From positions 496,001 through 560,000 of the forward strand of contig JAYWIR010000051.1 of assembly GCA_036172245.1 (NCBI GenBank): a stretch of 64,000 nt of DNA, in the 5' to 3' direction. The first letter of the stretch is position 1; each line of letters opens with the position of its first letter. The DNA comes from Raillietiella orientalis (Eukaryota). Below the pieces are notes generated by a model that did no database searches, had not been told where the DNA came from, and worked only from the letters and a program-made list of their open reading frames with translations. Below are positions 27,589-40,377 of this stretch, one piece after another. A program made the translations under genes and the position numbers.

Positions 27589-29698
27589 AAATTCTCTTTC
27601 AACATCTTCAACTCCGTGTCTCAATTTAAGAATCCAATGCCTGCTTTTGCCGATTACTTCATGTTGACTCTTGTTTTCTTGTTGAAAGCAAATTGGGAAA
27701 CGGACGCATGTCTCATCATTAACGTCCTAGTTACCACATCCATCAACCAAAAGACAAAAATTCCAAAGATCGAATCGGGATTGTGCCCTTGTCAGGCCCT
27801 GCCTTCGGTTCACTTCGAATGTACTTTTGAACTGGCCGGAGCACGTCGTGTTTAAAAAATACGTATCATGCAAGCCAGTGATCTACTATTCCAGATATTT
27901 TCAGTAATGAGGCAGAAAGACGTGCTTGCTGAGGTCGCCGAAAAGGGCAACATCACACACCAGGGTTAGAAAACATCTGCTTTTTCAGAAAGCACCCTAA
28001 GGTTGAAAAAAAAAACAAAGAAGCTTTGATTCCCACATTTTCTTTGTTTCAGAATTTAGCGATACAGAAATTTTTGGATGTTTTGTTTGCCAAGCATAGG
28101 ACGATGACTCGCCGTGTTTCATGACTATCGAACGAACAGAACCAGAATGCATACGTTGCAATCAATTTATATCCACGAGAAATCCAAACTGCAACTGTTT
28201 CTTCTAAGACAGACCATCTGCCAGCCAACTCGATTTCTCCGACACACACACTCAGCTTCTCATGGAAGCTGTACGTGCAGACGTGATTTGTGCGCACCGT
28301 ACGCACAAACGGTAAGCCACCACCCAAACAAACCTAGGTGGAAAGTAATCTCGTGCACAAAGAGTAGGCAATGTGGTAAACAACGTCCTCCACCTCCACT
28401 GCATGCGTGCAGCATACTTGGCTTCAACGTTTCCAGCCAGTTACTACAGGGATCTCTATCCACCTGGAATGCAGAGAAGCGTGAAGCGGAAGCTTTCCAG
28501 AAGGTGGAAAAGCTTGCTTTCCACCTTCTGGCGTGGTTGGACACGATCCTCACGCATTCACGGAATTCGACCACACGCAAAAGCGTTTTGAAACCAAATG
28601 AGGAGAGAACACGGGACATTCCTTGCTTTTGCATCTCTGCCCTGCCGGATCTCTCTCAACTCCATTCTGAAAGTGATTGTGTACTTCGATGCATCCCTTT
28701 TTTTTTTTGAGTGGGTGAGATCACTGTGAAAATCACTCTCACGGTCAGGAACAGAAAGGATAAGTGTGTGAAATTCATGCACTGCACAGAAGTTCGCGCG
28801 TACACGTTTATGGCTTATTCAATTGCCATAGCACATATTTTCAGATGCCATCAGGAATACAGCACGAGTACATCGAGCTGAATTAGGGACATCCAATAAA
28901 ATGCAGATTACAATGCTGACCCGATTTTTGCTACACGTGACCTCGTCAGTTGCAGTGAAATGTGCGACTGCCTAATGATGGCACGGTAGTCCTAGAAGAA
29001 CGATGGTGGACCTGATTTAGCCTTGAGAGCGAGACCCAAAAGAAAGAGGAAGCGATGACCACATTCAAAGCGAAGCACACCCGGCGGCATTTTTTCTTTT
29101 CAAAAAACAGGGAAACCGTCAGGAATAAATTTCAGCAAAAGCCATGGCCTGAAGAAAGCCCTCAGCATGTCACACACCCCTGAAAGTACTGTCTCGACAC
29201 CGATCCAATTGGAATCATGCGCTCTAAACATCATCCATCTTTTTTTGAGCAAGTGATTCCCAATGCCAGGAAACAAAGGTTTTTTTGTTTGTTTGTTTGT
29301 TTTTTCTCCTCGCCTAACAAGTTTGCCGATTCTGATGAGCAGGAATGCAAGAAGAAGAAGAAGAAGAAGAAGTCAGTGCGAGGGCAATGGCTGCCAAAGA
29401 CAAACTGTGGAGAGGTTTTTTTTTTTTTTCCTGCTACCGAAGTGTCACCATAATCCTCCTTAAACCTAAACTTACTGAAGACTGAAAATCATCAGAAGCA
29501 ACGAAAGCGCTTCCTTACTTAACTTTGGGTGGGTCTGATTTCGAAACGGAACTTTTCAATGCGCAGCAGCAGTTTGAGCATATTTAATTTGAGCACCGAA
29601 ATGAGTGTGCTGCCTGTAAAACTGTAAAGCTCGCCCAAAGGGCGCCTTTGTTTCAACTCACCAGAAGCTCGGTCGCCACACACCATGCACAGCTCCAT
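24398..29698 (-). CDS. NR2C: Nuclear hormone receptor, NR2C subfamily (TR2/TR4; Hr78/nhr-41-like); 5' end uncertain
   Basis: Exons: 29698-29662 ([13 protein letters not shown]); 26047-25868 ([59 protein letters not shown]); 25805-25127 (VQSERKP...[23 protein letters not shown]); 25055-24778 ([20 protein letters not shown]...[13 protein letters not shown]); 24711-24398 (...[27 protein letters not shown]...). All introns are GT-AG with consistent phases. The C4 zinc fingers and the [22 protein letters not shown] terminus are typical of NR2C. Confidence 0.95.
27540..27585. repeat. Long interrupted poly(T) tract
   Basis: About 46 nt that are almost all T, inside the large NR2C intron. Confidence 0.9.
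28672..28737 (+). ncRNA. Candidate bantam/miR-80-82-family microRNA hairpin (tentative)
   Basis: 28716-28737 TGAGATCACTGTGAAAATCACT resembles bantam TGAGATCATTGTGAAAGCTGATT (recalled sequence; 15 of the first 16 nt match). The upstream arm AGTGATT... pairs only imperfectly with it. Confidence 0.3.
29349..29372. repeat. (AAG)8 microsatellite
   Basis: Directly visible tandem AAG units. Confidence 0.9.
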
Positions 29699-30169
29699 CT
29701 ATACAGTCAAAGCCGTAGTAACATCTCACAAAGAATTTACTCGGTAGGAATTCTTCACGACTGAAGTCACACCCTGAAAAGTGTCATCAAAACATTATTT
29801 TGGATCCTGGGCATGAGCTTCCTCCAAATGTATTTCCAACGCAATCACTGAGCAACATCCTGTCTCGGATGCATTGCAACATTTTGGAACATATCCGAAA
29901 TGGGCAAATTTAGATAATATCGATGCACGAGCTGATTGGCAGTGCATTCTGTTGGCAAAAGAACCTATCAAAAAATATATGGCACTCACTGGACCACGTG
30001 CAACCACTTACAAATGTGAAACCGTGGCATGTGAGTATACCTTAAAGCGGGCGGATCGTCGCTAGCCACGGTCGTGGTGCATCTGGCCACCCGTGTCACG
30101 CGAGGCGACGGAAAGCAAGCTCTTCCCAGCCAAACAGGTCACTGCAAGAAGCAAGACGTACGTACGTGT

Positions 30170-30192
30170 GGTGTGTGTGTGTGTGTGTGCGC
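30170..30192. repeat. (GT)n microsatellite
   Basis: gtgtgtgtgtgtgtgtgtgcgc run. Confidence 0.9.
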
Positions 30193-31132
30193 ATCCCCGA
30201 CTTGTGGGGGGGAGGGGGGAGCCTGCACTTTTGTTTGCGAATTCCCTGCTCGGATCGCGCGTCACAACGGCACGACCAATATCGATGTTGGCGAAGTGTG
30301 ACCTTCGCTGTCAGCTGCTTTTCCCCTGGCTTCAATATCACGGCTTACGTCGACCCGGCTTTTTAATGCGCGCAGCCGCAATTCCGCTCGAGATTACGAA
30401 AGGAAGCTCCCCCCTCCCCAGGTACGGACGGGGAAACTGTGGAAACGGCGAGGGTTGCACAAATGCCATGCCCAATATCCTCAAAGGAAGAAAAAAGAAG
30501 AAGAAAAGGCAGATTAAATATGCTGATGAAGCAAGATTGCGATCGTGAAAATAATGAACGCCGAAAAGCGCTCTTTGTCCTACTTTTGTTTCTAATGATA
30601 TTCTGGAGGAATAACAAGGTCACTGACTATCCATGGAAGCGAGATGCACACGTTTCTGCCCTCCCCCCTCCTCCCCCGCACTCCTTTCCAGGAATTGGGC
30701 ATCCGAGGTGTGGTGGATGCCTGGTAACCAACCACCTCTCCATGAAAAGCAGCCTAGACGATGAGCACATTCTGGTCCAGAGGGGGGAGGGAGGGGGCAA
30801 CCCACGCCGCAACTGCTCGTTTCTTAATTCCGCTCGATCCTGTTGGTACTGCCCACAAGCAATACATTTTAGGAGATGCCTACGAAACCTCAGGAGTGGC
30901 TCGATTCGAAATGGGGATGGTGTGGGGGGGGGGGGGGGAAGAAAAAAAAAAAATAAAAAAAAAATTGGACGGCACAGCCGGTTCCGCTAGCTCGAGAACA
31001 CGCACACACACACACACACAAACTCCTGCAAGCACCGTGTACAACCGGGGGTACTGTCAGAACGAACGAGCTGTACGCTATTCCAATACGGAGGAAATTC
31101 ACTCGGCAACGCACTCCCTTTGTTCCACATAT

Positions 31133-31137
31133 GTACA

Positions 31138-31170
<33 letters not shown>

Positions 31171-31174
31171 ACGT
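31133..31174. repeat. Compound (CA)n(CG)n alternating purine-pyrimidine tract
   Basis: An (AC)n run followed by (GC)n and acacgta, giving about 40 nt of uninterrupted RY alternation. Confidence 0.9.
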
Positions 31175-31659
31175 AAAAAAGGAAAAAAAGCAGGAATTGT
31201 GCAAAAAGGAAAAAAACACACAGGTACCTTTGTGGCATGAAAGCAGGTTCCGGTGGTCGACTCGACGTGCGTCAGACGGAAGGTACGGCGGTCCTCGGAG
31301 ACTCGGTTCTGGTACACAACATACTTGAACCCAAATGCCGAGAGCCCAGCGACAACGCAGCGATGGCTGCTCGCGCTTTGATCACCGGACGACTTTCCCA
31401 GGTCAACGTCTCAGTGTTCCCTAGAATCCAGATCGATACAATCAGCGTGCACACTGCAGATGACGTAATGGTACGCTTCACTAAACTTGGAAACAAACTT
31501 TCGAGCACACGAACGCTCGCGCGGGATTCCGCGTGTGGTCTGTGGATTTCACGCTGCGAGGCGTCGTCCCCAACGCCGAGAGTGGTCGGTGTGGCTCGTG
31601 CATCGCCCTTTCCCTCCCCTTCCCCCCCCCCCCTCCCGGGATAAAATCGGGCTGCTGTC

Positions 31660-31660
<1 letters not shown>

Positions 31661-31692
<32 letters not shown>

Positions 31693-31815
31693 CCGCCCTC
31701 CCCTCCCCCCCCATCATCGGAAAACCACGTGCTGCCCTTTCTTTTTCCTTTCTTCTTCTTCTTCTTTTTTTTTTTTTCTTTCCCCTCCTCTTTTTTTTTT
31801 TTTCTTTCTTTTTTT
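31661..31815. repeat. (CGT)n/(CGC)n triplet repeat followed by a long polypyrimidine tract
   Basis: (CGT)7 starting at 31661, then a C/T-only stretch at about 31734-31816. Confidence 0.85.
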
Positions 31816-31912
31816 CGAGCGTATTTTCCTTAATTTTTACACGCGCAGAGTCGAAAGCTAAAACGCGTCGCACCCTTTACCCTTCGCAGGTTACGTAAGT
31901 TTTGCCGCAGCT

Positions 31913-31959
31913 TGCGCATGCGCCGTCGGCTGACCCCTTATCAAGCTCGCATGACGTCA
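31913..31959. promoter_or_regulatory. Promoter-like motif pair: NRF1/EWG-type TGCGCATGCGC and CRE TGACGTCA
   Basis: GCGCATGCGC palindrome at 31914-31923 and TGACGTCA at 31952-31959, about 2.2 kb upstream of the first recognisable NR2C coding exon. Confidence 0.45.
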
Positions 31960-34900
31960 CCTATACAATATACAGATTCTCTAGTTCGTCGACCCTACTT
32001 GGTTACAACGTGAAGGGCACGCATTGCAAGGCGGGCGTTCACAGTGAGTAGCAGCGGCGTGCCGAGCAGCCATCCAAACTCCAAACTCTACGGATTTTGG
32101 ACTTTGGAGAGTCGGAAACATCTGCGGGGACGGAAGTGCGTTGCCATCGGCCCCTCGCGAAACACAGCAACCGTTTTCTGGTTTTCACGCGCGCCTTTTC
32201 GCGTACATGCGCGTGCGCGGATTCTATTTTTTGTATTGTCCGACGGCCATTTTGGATCGTTTCCACGCAGAGCCGCGAGAGGAAAATGCTCCAGCTCCCC
32301 CGTAAACAGTTCTTGGGGGATTCCTCATACAGTTTGCAGCACACAGTCCATCATCTTGCCTCTCGCCTCTGGGCCCGAAATTAGGGAGAGCGCACTTGCG
32401 TTGCAGGGCAGCTTCCCGACGTAAGGTCGTACGCACATACCTCCAAGAATAAATCACTGGTAACATCTGCAACCATGGCTGAGTCACAAATGAAAACTAA
32501 AGGTAAAAGTTATAAAAGTCTGATAACCACCACAAAGAACCCTGCAAGCCATTCGAGCCGTGAGAAACGGAACAGGCGCGGGTCCTTTCACGGGGATGCT
32601 TCGCATTTCCGAGTTTCCTTGGACGTTACAGGATATTTATGCACATCACATCCTTCGTGCAGAGGCTGCCGTCTCGCAAGAGTACCGGTTATGCAAAAGA
32701 AAAAAAAAAAAAAAAAAACACGCCGTCGGCCCTACGAGGGCACAGAAAGGATGACCCCTCCCGGGCAGGCGCGACTGGCACCTTAGGCTTACGCGAAACG
32801 CTCTCCACGAACTTACACACGTCTCGCAAAATAAATAAAAAATATTTAAATAAAAAAACACGCACATGCAGACGTAAAATCCCGTAATCACCACGTGATG
32901 CCCTGACTACCACCCATTTTGCGAACGTCCTGGCACCACCTCCTCCGAGGGAACCGCGCGGATTAGGAATAAAAAGCACCAAACCTTGTGACAGGGAGCG
33001 ATGGCGTGAATTCTACTCGTGTTCAAACGAAACTGGACCGCAAGCATAGTAGGAACGGAAAACTTTCAAATATCTTCAGTCGCACACGGGCTCACTATTT
33101 TGCATACACACGCGGTGGTCGTGATCGAAATTTTTGCTCGCACAAATAAAGTTGGACAGATGCGCAATAAAGTTTCATCTTAACTAACGCAAGGCGGTGG
33201 GGGGGGGGGGGGGCAGGGTTCCTACTATCTTCCTCGGCTGCTACTATTACGATTTTTTTTTTTTTTTTTATCGTGATTCGAATCGAAATCGAACGGCAGT
33301 CACCGGAAAAGAAGGGAAAAAAAAGAAGGAAAAAAAGAAAGAAAAAAGAGACACGTTACGTAAGCCTCACCAGTTAGCTACATTACAGAAACAGATCATT
33401 TCGTATTTACGATGTGTGCCCGATAGATGGCACGGTGTGTGATGCAAAACTCCCTATCCCTCTGGCTCTGGACCCAAGTTTTCCACGAAATCCAAACGTG
33501 GAAACGTTACAAAACTCCACAGATGGGGCTCCCTGCCCAGAAAGGTTGAAATTCACGCAACTTTGGTTCCGACAGGAATTACGTGCACATCTCGGTCGTG
33601 AGATGATCCTCCCAGCAGATGAGCGATTGACAAAAGAACCAAATAAAATGCTACCCGGTGGAAAAGGGAGGGCACGAAGCCCCCCAAAATAAAGTGGGGG
33701 ACAACATCGTTTCCAGGAAACCGAATCGCTCCAGATCCTGATCTTCAACCACATTCTCCCGCAAATATCCGAAAATCGAGAAGCATGGATTAGTTGAAAG
33801 TCGGTTCTTAATTGGGGCTTATTGGAGAGTTTTTCCTTTTCCATAAAAAAAAGCAAAACACACACGAAAAAAAAATGAAACCAATTCTGCTCTGGCCTGC
33901 CAACAAAAAAAGAAGCAAAAACTTCTCATGTAGAGTTCATTCATGTAACTTGACGTTTATACATACGTCCTAGTATCAGATTGTATGTTTAAAAGCATGT
34001 TCTCCTAAAAATTTTGCCTTCAGTCTAAATATCAATTTCTGGTTCATATCGTGAACTGCAGTTTATGGACGTCTCACATTCAGTCGTAGCATCATCTCCA
34101 GAGGATGAGATTAATGACGCAGATGACCAACCTGGAAAGAAAAAGCAATTTGCAAGGAACCAAACCAAGGCATCGTGGTAGTCGACAAATGTGCTGGGCA
34201 CCAAGGGTCCATGAAACAAGATGAATTTCACGGATACTCGATAAAGACTCCACAAATAAGTCAGTTAATTTTTGCAGCAGAACGCTTATTCTATTGTTAG
34301 TCAGCAATTACTGCATTTACAATTCGGTAGTAACACTTTCCTGATGAAAGCTTCCAAGTAATTAAGTCTTTTAGAAGAGAAATTGGAATAAATGGAGCAG
34401 TCGAAGAAGAACAGTCTATGGCTAAACAAATAATGCCAACGATCACGAAATTTGGCTGGGCGATTTAAACTTGGAAAATGCTGAATTGGTTTTTAGCTAT
34501 CTGTGGCAGTCCCTCATGATAGTCAACTCTTGGGCCTGGTCCTGAAAAAGAAGAGAAAAATGTAATAAAAGAACTACTGGGAGGGGAGATTAATGATCAA
34601 CGAAAACTCCCAATCGAGAAGGAAGCAAGCATTGGAATATGGGTAGGGACGATTTTTCTCGTTGACTCCTTCACGGTCACCAGAAAATATTGAAGAAAGC
34701 TCGAAAATGGCAAGAAATGATGGCAACACAGCACCCCCGGATAGCTCGGGATGGATGCAGTCAGGGGCTGCGACAGGTTTCATCACACAAGCATGAAACA
34801 AAAAATATAGAATGCTTTCACAATAGCGCTTCGAATAGATTAAAACTTGAATCCAGAAGACTCAGAAGTTGGTATCACACAAGTGCAGAAACTTTGCTCT

Positions 34901-37900
34901 TCAGAAAACTGTCAGAACGAATGGCAAGGAAAAGAGATATTCTCCCCCACGCATCAAAGTTTCGGAGTTTGATTTGAAAAGCCTCTAGGAAGACTTGAAA
35001 CTGTCAAAATTTTTGTGCTCGATAGATGTGTAGCCTGGATAGCCTCTCTCCTCCCCCCGCCCCTCTTCCTCACTTTAGCATGGGCAAAGAGGTAGCAAGC
35101 AGATGAATTTTTTTTTCCACAGCCAGAACCGGACAAGTGTGCTTCTAAGCCAAAAGATTTAAAATAAGAATGCTTCTCATTAGTTGCTCAGTAGTAGTAA
35201 CCACGTGTGCAACTAGAAACACTGCCAGCAGCACTATCGAACCACACGACGGTAGGTTTTTCGAACCCTCAATGGCATAATGAGCAACAACTCTGCAAGT
35301 AACCTAAGAAGAATTTCGGCGGCAGTTGAAGTTCAGTTTGCCAACTTCCGCAAAGGCTCGGTTTTTCAAGGTTGGTTGAATTACCTGACTCTTAAACGGC
35401 ATCTTTCATCAAGAGTAGCATCTTTAAACATTTTGATAAGGACAAGATCTGTTTAAATTGCTGTTAGGAGGTTCTCGGTTTAAAACTGAAATTCGAATTC
35501 GCTGTCGTCGTTTAGAAAAAGAAAGACATGAACACGACTATTGAACTGCACAAGAGTATTGCAACACTATTAGGTTGGTGGCCAAAGTGCAAGATTGGAA
35601 TTCAAGATCAGAAAACAGGAGATTCAGAAAGAGGTTTCGAAGGAGTTTTCAATAGCAACTCCACAATGAAATGGGGAAGGAGAAAACAAGCTACAGGTGG
35701 CCGGAGTTTTTGATCAAAGATTGCGTTGAGCTCATTTTACGGTATTGACACCCCTTCCATAGAAAGAATGGAAGAAAAATCTATTTACAAGCAGCTTCGA
35801 AAGGCATTCACTATGCAGCAATATACAAAGTGACATGGATGGGATGTGCAATCTTACCCGTATTATTTTCCCATAACGAATTCGTCCCATTCCAAAATGA
35901 TTACAGTTATAAAGTTGATGATCCACGTTGGTGATAGGATGCTCGTCAAGAAACGGGAAGATCGTAACTGGAGTCGAAAACCGAATTGCAAGAGATGCCG
36001 GGGATCCAACTGACTGCATCCTGGACTCTCAGAGGGGCATTCTCAGTGCGAACACGAAAAAGCTGACATTCTTCTCACAAGCTGCTAAACGTTCTCGATA
36101 GAATGAGGCAATGGAATAAATTCTCGTTTATGGCACGGTGGAGAGTCTAATGCTCCTGCATCAATGCAAACGGAGTGAAACAGATCGACAGCATTCTCGA
36201 CACAGAACTATTACAAACTTGCTGGAACGCGGGGATAGGGTTAAGAGCAGAGGTGGTCTACTTTGTTCCTAACAGCAGGGTGTCCCTTGGCTTGGGACGA
36301 ATGCTCCTCTTTGCAGGAGACACTTTTGGCTTTCGAACGCTCCGAGTTATGCTGTGCCCGACATGATTTCTGATCCTCTCGTCTCCATCATCCATCGTCT
36401 TAAGCAGTTCACTCCGTTGGCAACAAATTTCGGCTTTCGCCTCCCTTTTGCATTTCGAAAGAGCTACTCGGAGGCGATTCGGACGGTAGTGCGTGTGCTC
36501 CCGGACGACTTATTAGCTCCCGGATTAAAATGTCACTTGATTACTCACCGCCATTTTCTGTCGAAGCTGATAGCTTCCAAGACCGTGCCTGTGACATCAA
36601 GGATTTCAGTCCCTTCCCTGATCTCCATCGATCGTTATTTCGAAAAATGCTCTTAAATGTACTGACGGATCTTTCAATGACGAATGTACATTTGTGCCCC
36701 GAAGGAATTTTGTCAAAAGAGCAAAACTTTCGCTGTTTATTGGTACTTTATTGGCACCAACAAAGACAGACAAACAACACTGAGACATATGTTTCTGAAG
36801 TCATGGATTCACATTTTCGGCTTTCATGGGTACTGATAATGCTGGAATATTTTTAATGAGTAACAGAAGCTCTGCCTCATTCAGAATTTTCGAGCCAGCT
36901 CCTCTGCCATTTGGAAACATGTTCAGCTCAGTTTGAAAAACAAAAATACGTCCTTCGTGACCTGCCTTCGGGGGTCGCACCAACCCACTGAGACCGCGAA
37001 CGACCCTCACTTCACTCTCTTAGTTCTCCACCCTGCGTCCAGATGCCACGCCACGCCACGAAGTGATGCGCGAAAACACACACCAAAGTGTTGGAACGAC
37101 GTGTTTCAAAGACGATGCAGAGCAGTTCTCGTTGTGGAACCGGATTTCGAAGCTTCTGGAATGCTCATGGAATGCTAATAGGCAGTGCAGAACTTCGTGG
37201 CCAACACAGAATCGGCTTCCTTCGAAAATCAAGACACGTTATCCATCCTCGAAATGCACTTGGACGAAGCAAAAGCCAGAAAAAAATTTCATGATGAGCC
37301 AAATCAGCGCTGCACTCACACGAGGCATTCTTTTTAAGATTTACTTTTCAACATTCTTGAAACACTCGACACGGAGAAGTTCAGCATTTTTTTTTTTTTT
37401 CTTCCTTTGATCGTAGCACGTTCTTCTGCATTCCCATACTCACCAATGAACCATCACCAGTTTTGCAAAGAGTGAACTGTTCGCAGTGCCTCATTTCTCG
37501 TCAAAAGACTCCACTGCACCCACTTTGATCTCCCTCTTGTGATTAGACATCCAGCAAATTCGCCCTTCCTTCTCATCCTGAAGCTCTTCCCGTTGCCTAA
37601 GGCCTTGTCAGCTCGAAAGTTTTCGGTGGTTTCTGATTCGAAAGCCTGCCGCAGTTTCTTGACGCTGCTAGAACGAAACCAAAGGTGCTTCGGGCTCGCA
37701 GTTTTCAAGAGGCAATGAAATATTTGACAGCGAAGACACTCTCGCTTTTCTCAAAACCTAATGGGGAAAAAAACAAAACAAAACAAATCCAATGAATGGT
37801 TCATCGAACCGTTTTTTTCGTATCTCCTAACAACAGCAGATAACCACATTATCGTTAACACTGCAGTTACTCACACCTTGCACGTCGGTTTCCACAAAAC

Positions 37901-39906
37901 GGGCATTGTGTTCCAGCAGACGAATATTGCATCAGACTGGAAGAATCTTCTTACCTCCAAGATGATACAAAAGCCAGCGGGACCTCATAAAGGATCGCAG
38001 GAGGGAAAATCAAAGAAATCTTCTTTGCTCCCATAAACTTTACTCCACCATCCACGAGTGCTAGTTGGGTCTCTTGTTTGCTGATGAGGGCAACACCATT
38101 CCTGGATTGGAGAAAGTTAATTTGAAAAAAGCAGATCTCTCGGAAATGTTTTCCCTTATGGAAGCAGAGAGATTCTGGGTATGCACTGTAAGAAAGTTGA
38201 TCTCCAATGAAGAATCGGTTCCAGCGGAAGCTGAGAAATGAATGCGAAGATGGGAAAATGCCTTGCAAATTTGAGTGCCACGGGTCCCCAGCTACTCCCT
38301 GTTGGAGAACTCTGACAAGAAAGAATTTTAGGCTGTTGGCGTTTTTCGCGGATGATTTCAGCCAGGATTTCGGGGGGTTGCCGGAATGTTGCGAAAAGCA
38401 TCACTGCATCGTAAGATTCGCGTCAACGCAAAAATAACAGAAATGGAAAAAAACTGGACCGACATCTTCCCGACGAAAAAAGAAAAATGAATTCGTCTCC
38501 TGGGAGCGTGCATGTACCCGAAAGTTCTGCCTCCTCGTTTCGAGCACGAGCGGTGCTTGGTTGATCTTCTGGTTTCTTTTGGGAGGTCTTGCGTTTATTT
38601 TTTTTCGCCAAAAATCTTCGACGGGAACCTCACGGAACCTCCCTGCGTCTACGGTGTCCTTGCAATTCGAAAATCGGACGCTGCACTTTTTCTCACTTCT
38701 GAGAGTCCTTCCTCCCAGGGAAGAAGTCGAATGGAAGCTCCGGTGCAGGACTGAAGCTGGAGGAAGCGCACCAAAGCGGATCGACTTGTTGATTGACTGA
38801 TTGGCTGCTTTCTCGTTCCCGAAAGCTCAGATTCTGATCAGAGCAGCGCAATTATCTCATCAAGAGAATCAGAGAACTGTTGGTTTGCTTTGCAACGCTG
38901 CAGGTAATTAAATCCTAAGTTTACCAAAGGGAAAAAGAAAAAAAAAAATGGTCGCATTCAGCCATGAATTAACGCGTTAACGGGTCCACGAAACGATTTC
39001 GAAATGCCCGGCGACACTCCTTTTCCTTGGGAAAATTCCCGAAATCGGCAAGAGACCGATGCTTGCTGAATTCGCAAATATATTCTGAGCACAGATTTGC
39101 GATTTGAAAAAGTTTCCCGAAGCTTCGCAGATGGGGTGAACGACGGAAAGGACCCTTGCGACGTTCTCTTTCAGTTCGCTTCCTCTCGGGATATTTATTT
39201 ACAACTCATGCAGTTGGCATTTTGATTTAAGATTGCATCTAGGATTCGGACTGATGCTGGAGCAGCTGACTTGCAAGACGCGGAACCACACTCGGTCGCA
39301 TGGAACGACTCGAAAAGCAGGGAGCAGGTTTTCTTCGTCGTTGCATCTTTCGAAGTTTTCTTAAGGAGAGCCGCCGTTGCTAGGATGGGGTTTTGATCCG
39401 GAAAAGCCCAGCGTCCGCGCTGGCTTGGATTTTCACTTCTTGCTTTACATCAACAGCTGCTACGCACTTTGATCCTTTCATTCGTCATTATTTTGCATGT
39501 AGACGTTTACTTATTTATTTTTTCTTTTTGAAAAAAAAGAAGAGAAAAGGAGGGAAAACACCATCAGAAACACCATCCTCCTCGTGGGTCTTCACAAATT
39601 TCTGGTCCCGTCTTCGCAGGCCTCTTCTTTCTTAACTGCGGCCAGCGTGCAAAAAGGTGAAAAAAAAAAAAAACATTTATGAAGTCAAGACAGCATTTTC
39701 TTTTGTGACCTCGTAGCGAGACCACGAGCGTCAGGAAACTTTTTTTATGGGCCCTTAGACTGGTATCGACTGTGGCAGAAGTGACCTATTAAATTAGTGA
39801 GTTATAAAATGTATTCATGTTGGGGAAAAAAAAAAAAGGACGCAGATTTCTTTCATCTGTGTGGGTGGTGTGGTGTTTGTGTGCTTTTATTTTTTTTTGA
39901 GGGAAA

Positions 39907-39931
39907 ACACACACACACACACACACACACA
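39907..39931. repeat. (AC)n microsatellite
   Basis: About 12 AC units. Confidence 0.9.
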
Positions 39932-40326
39932 TTGTGTACAAATAATGACAACTCATAACAACCCATTAGTCAGGACCACATCTTTAAGATAAGAAGAATT
40001 GTTTGCAGAAACAAGCAAGATGAAAAGTGCGGCTCCTCGTCTCTGAACATCTTTACTTTTCATCCGCCAGACCATTTATTCATCAGTAAATGAAAATTTC
40101 TGCATTTCAAAAAAAAAAAAAAGTGCCTTGAGAAGATGACGTGCTTCAAATGAGCCTTAAGTAAAAACATAAAGAAATTCTTCTTTCCACCCCACCCACC
40201 CTGTTTTAAGCCAGATGTTCTCCCTGTCAATGAAGTGCGCTGCTGTTTCACGAAACAAAAACTTTGCATTTCTGCCATCGGTCTCTTGAAATCCTTTCAT
40301 AGTGCAGAACTTTGTCGTATGACGCG

Positions 40327-40357
<31 letters not shown>

Positions 40358-40377
40358 GCGCGCGCGCGTGTGTGTGT
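40327..40377. repeat. Poly(T) followed by a (GC)n(GT)n tract
   Basis: About 29 T followed by gcgcgcgcgcgcgtgtgtgtgt. Confidence 0.9.

Noticed and set aside
35375..35400. GGTTGAATTACCTGACTC..., similar to nematode spliced leaders
   Set aside because: Not followed by AG/GT donor and Sm site as in an SL RNA gene.
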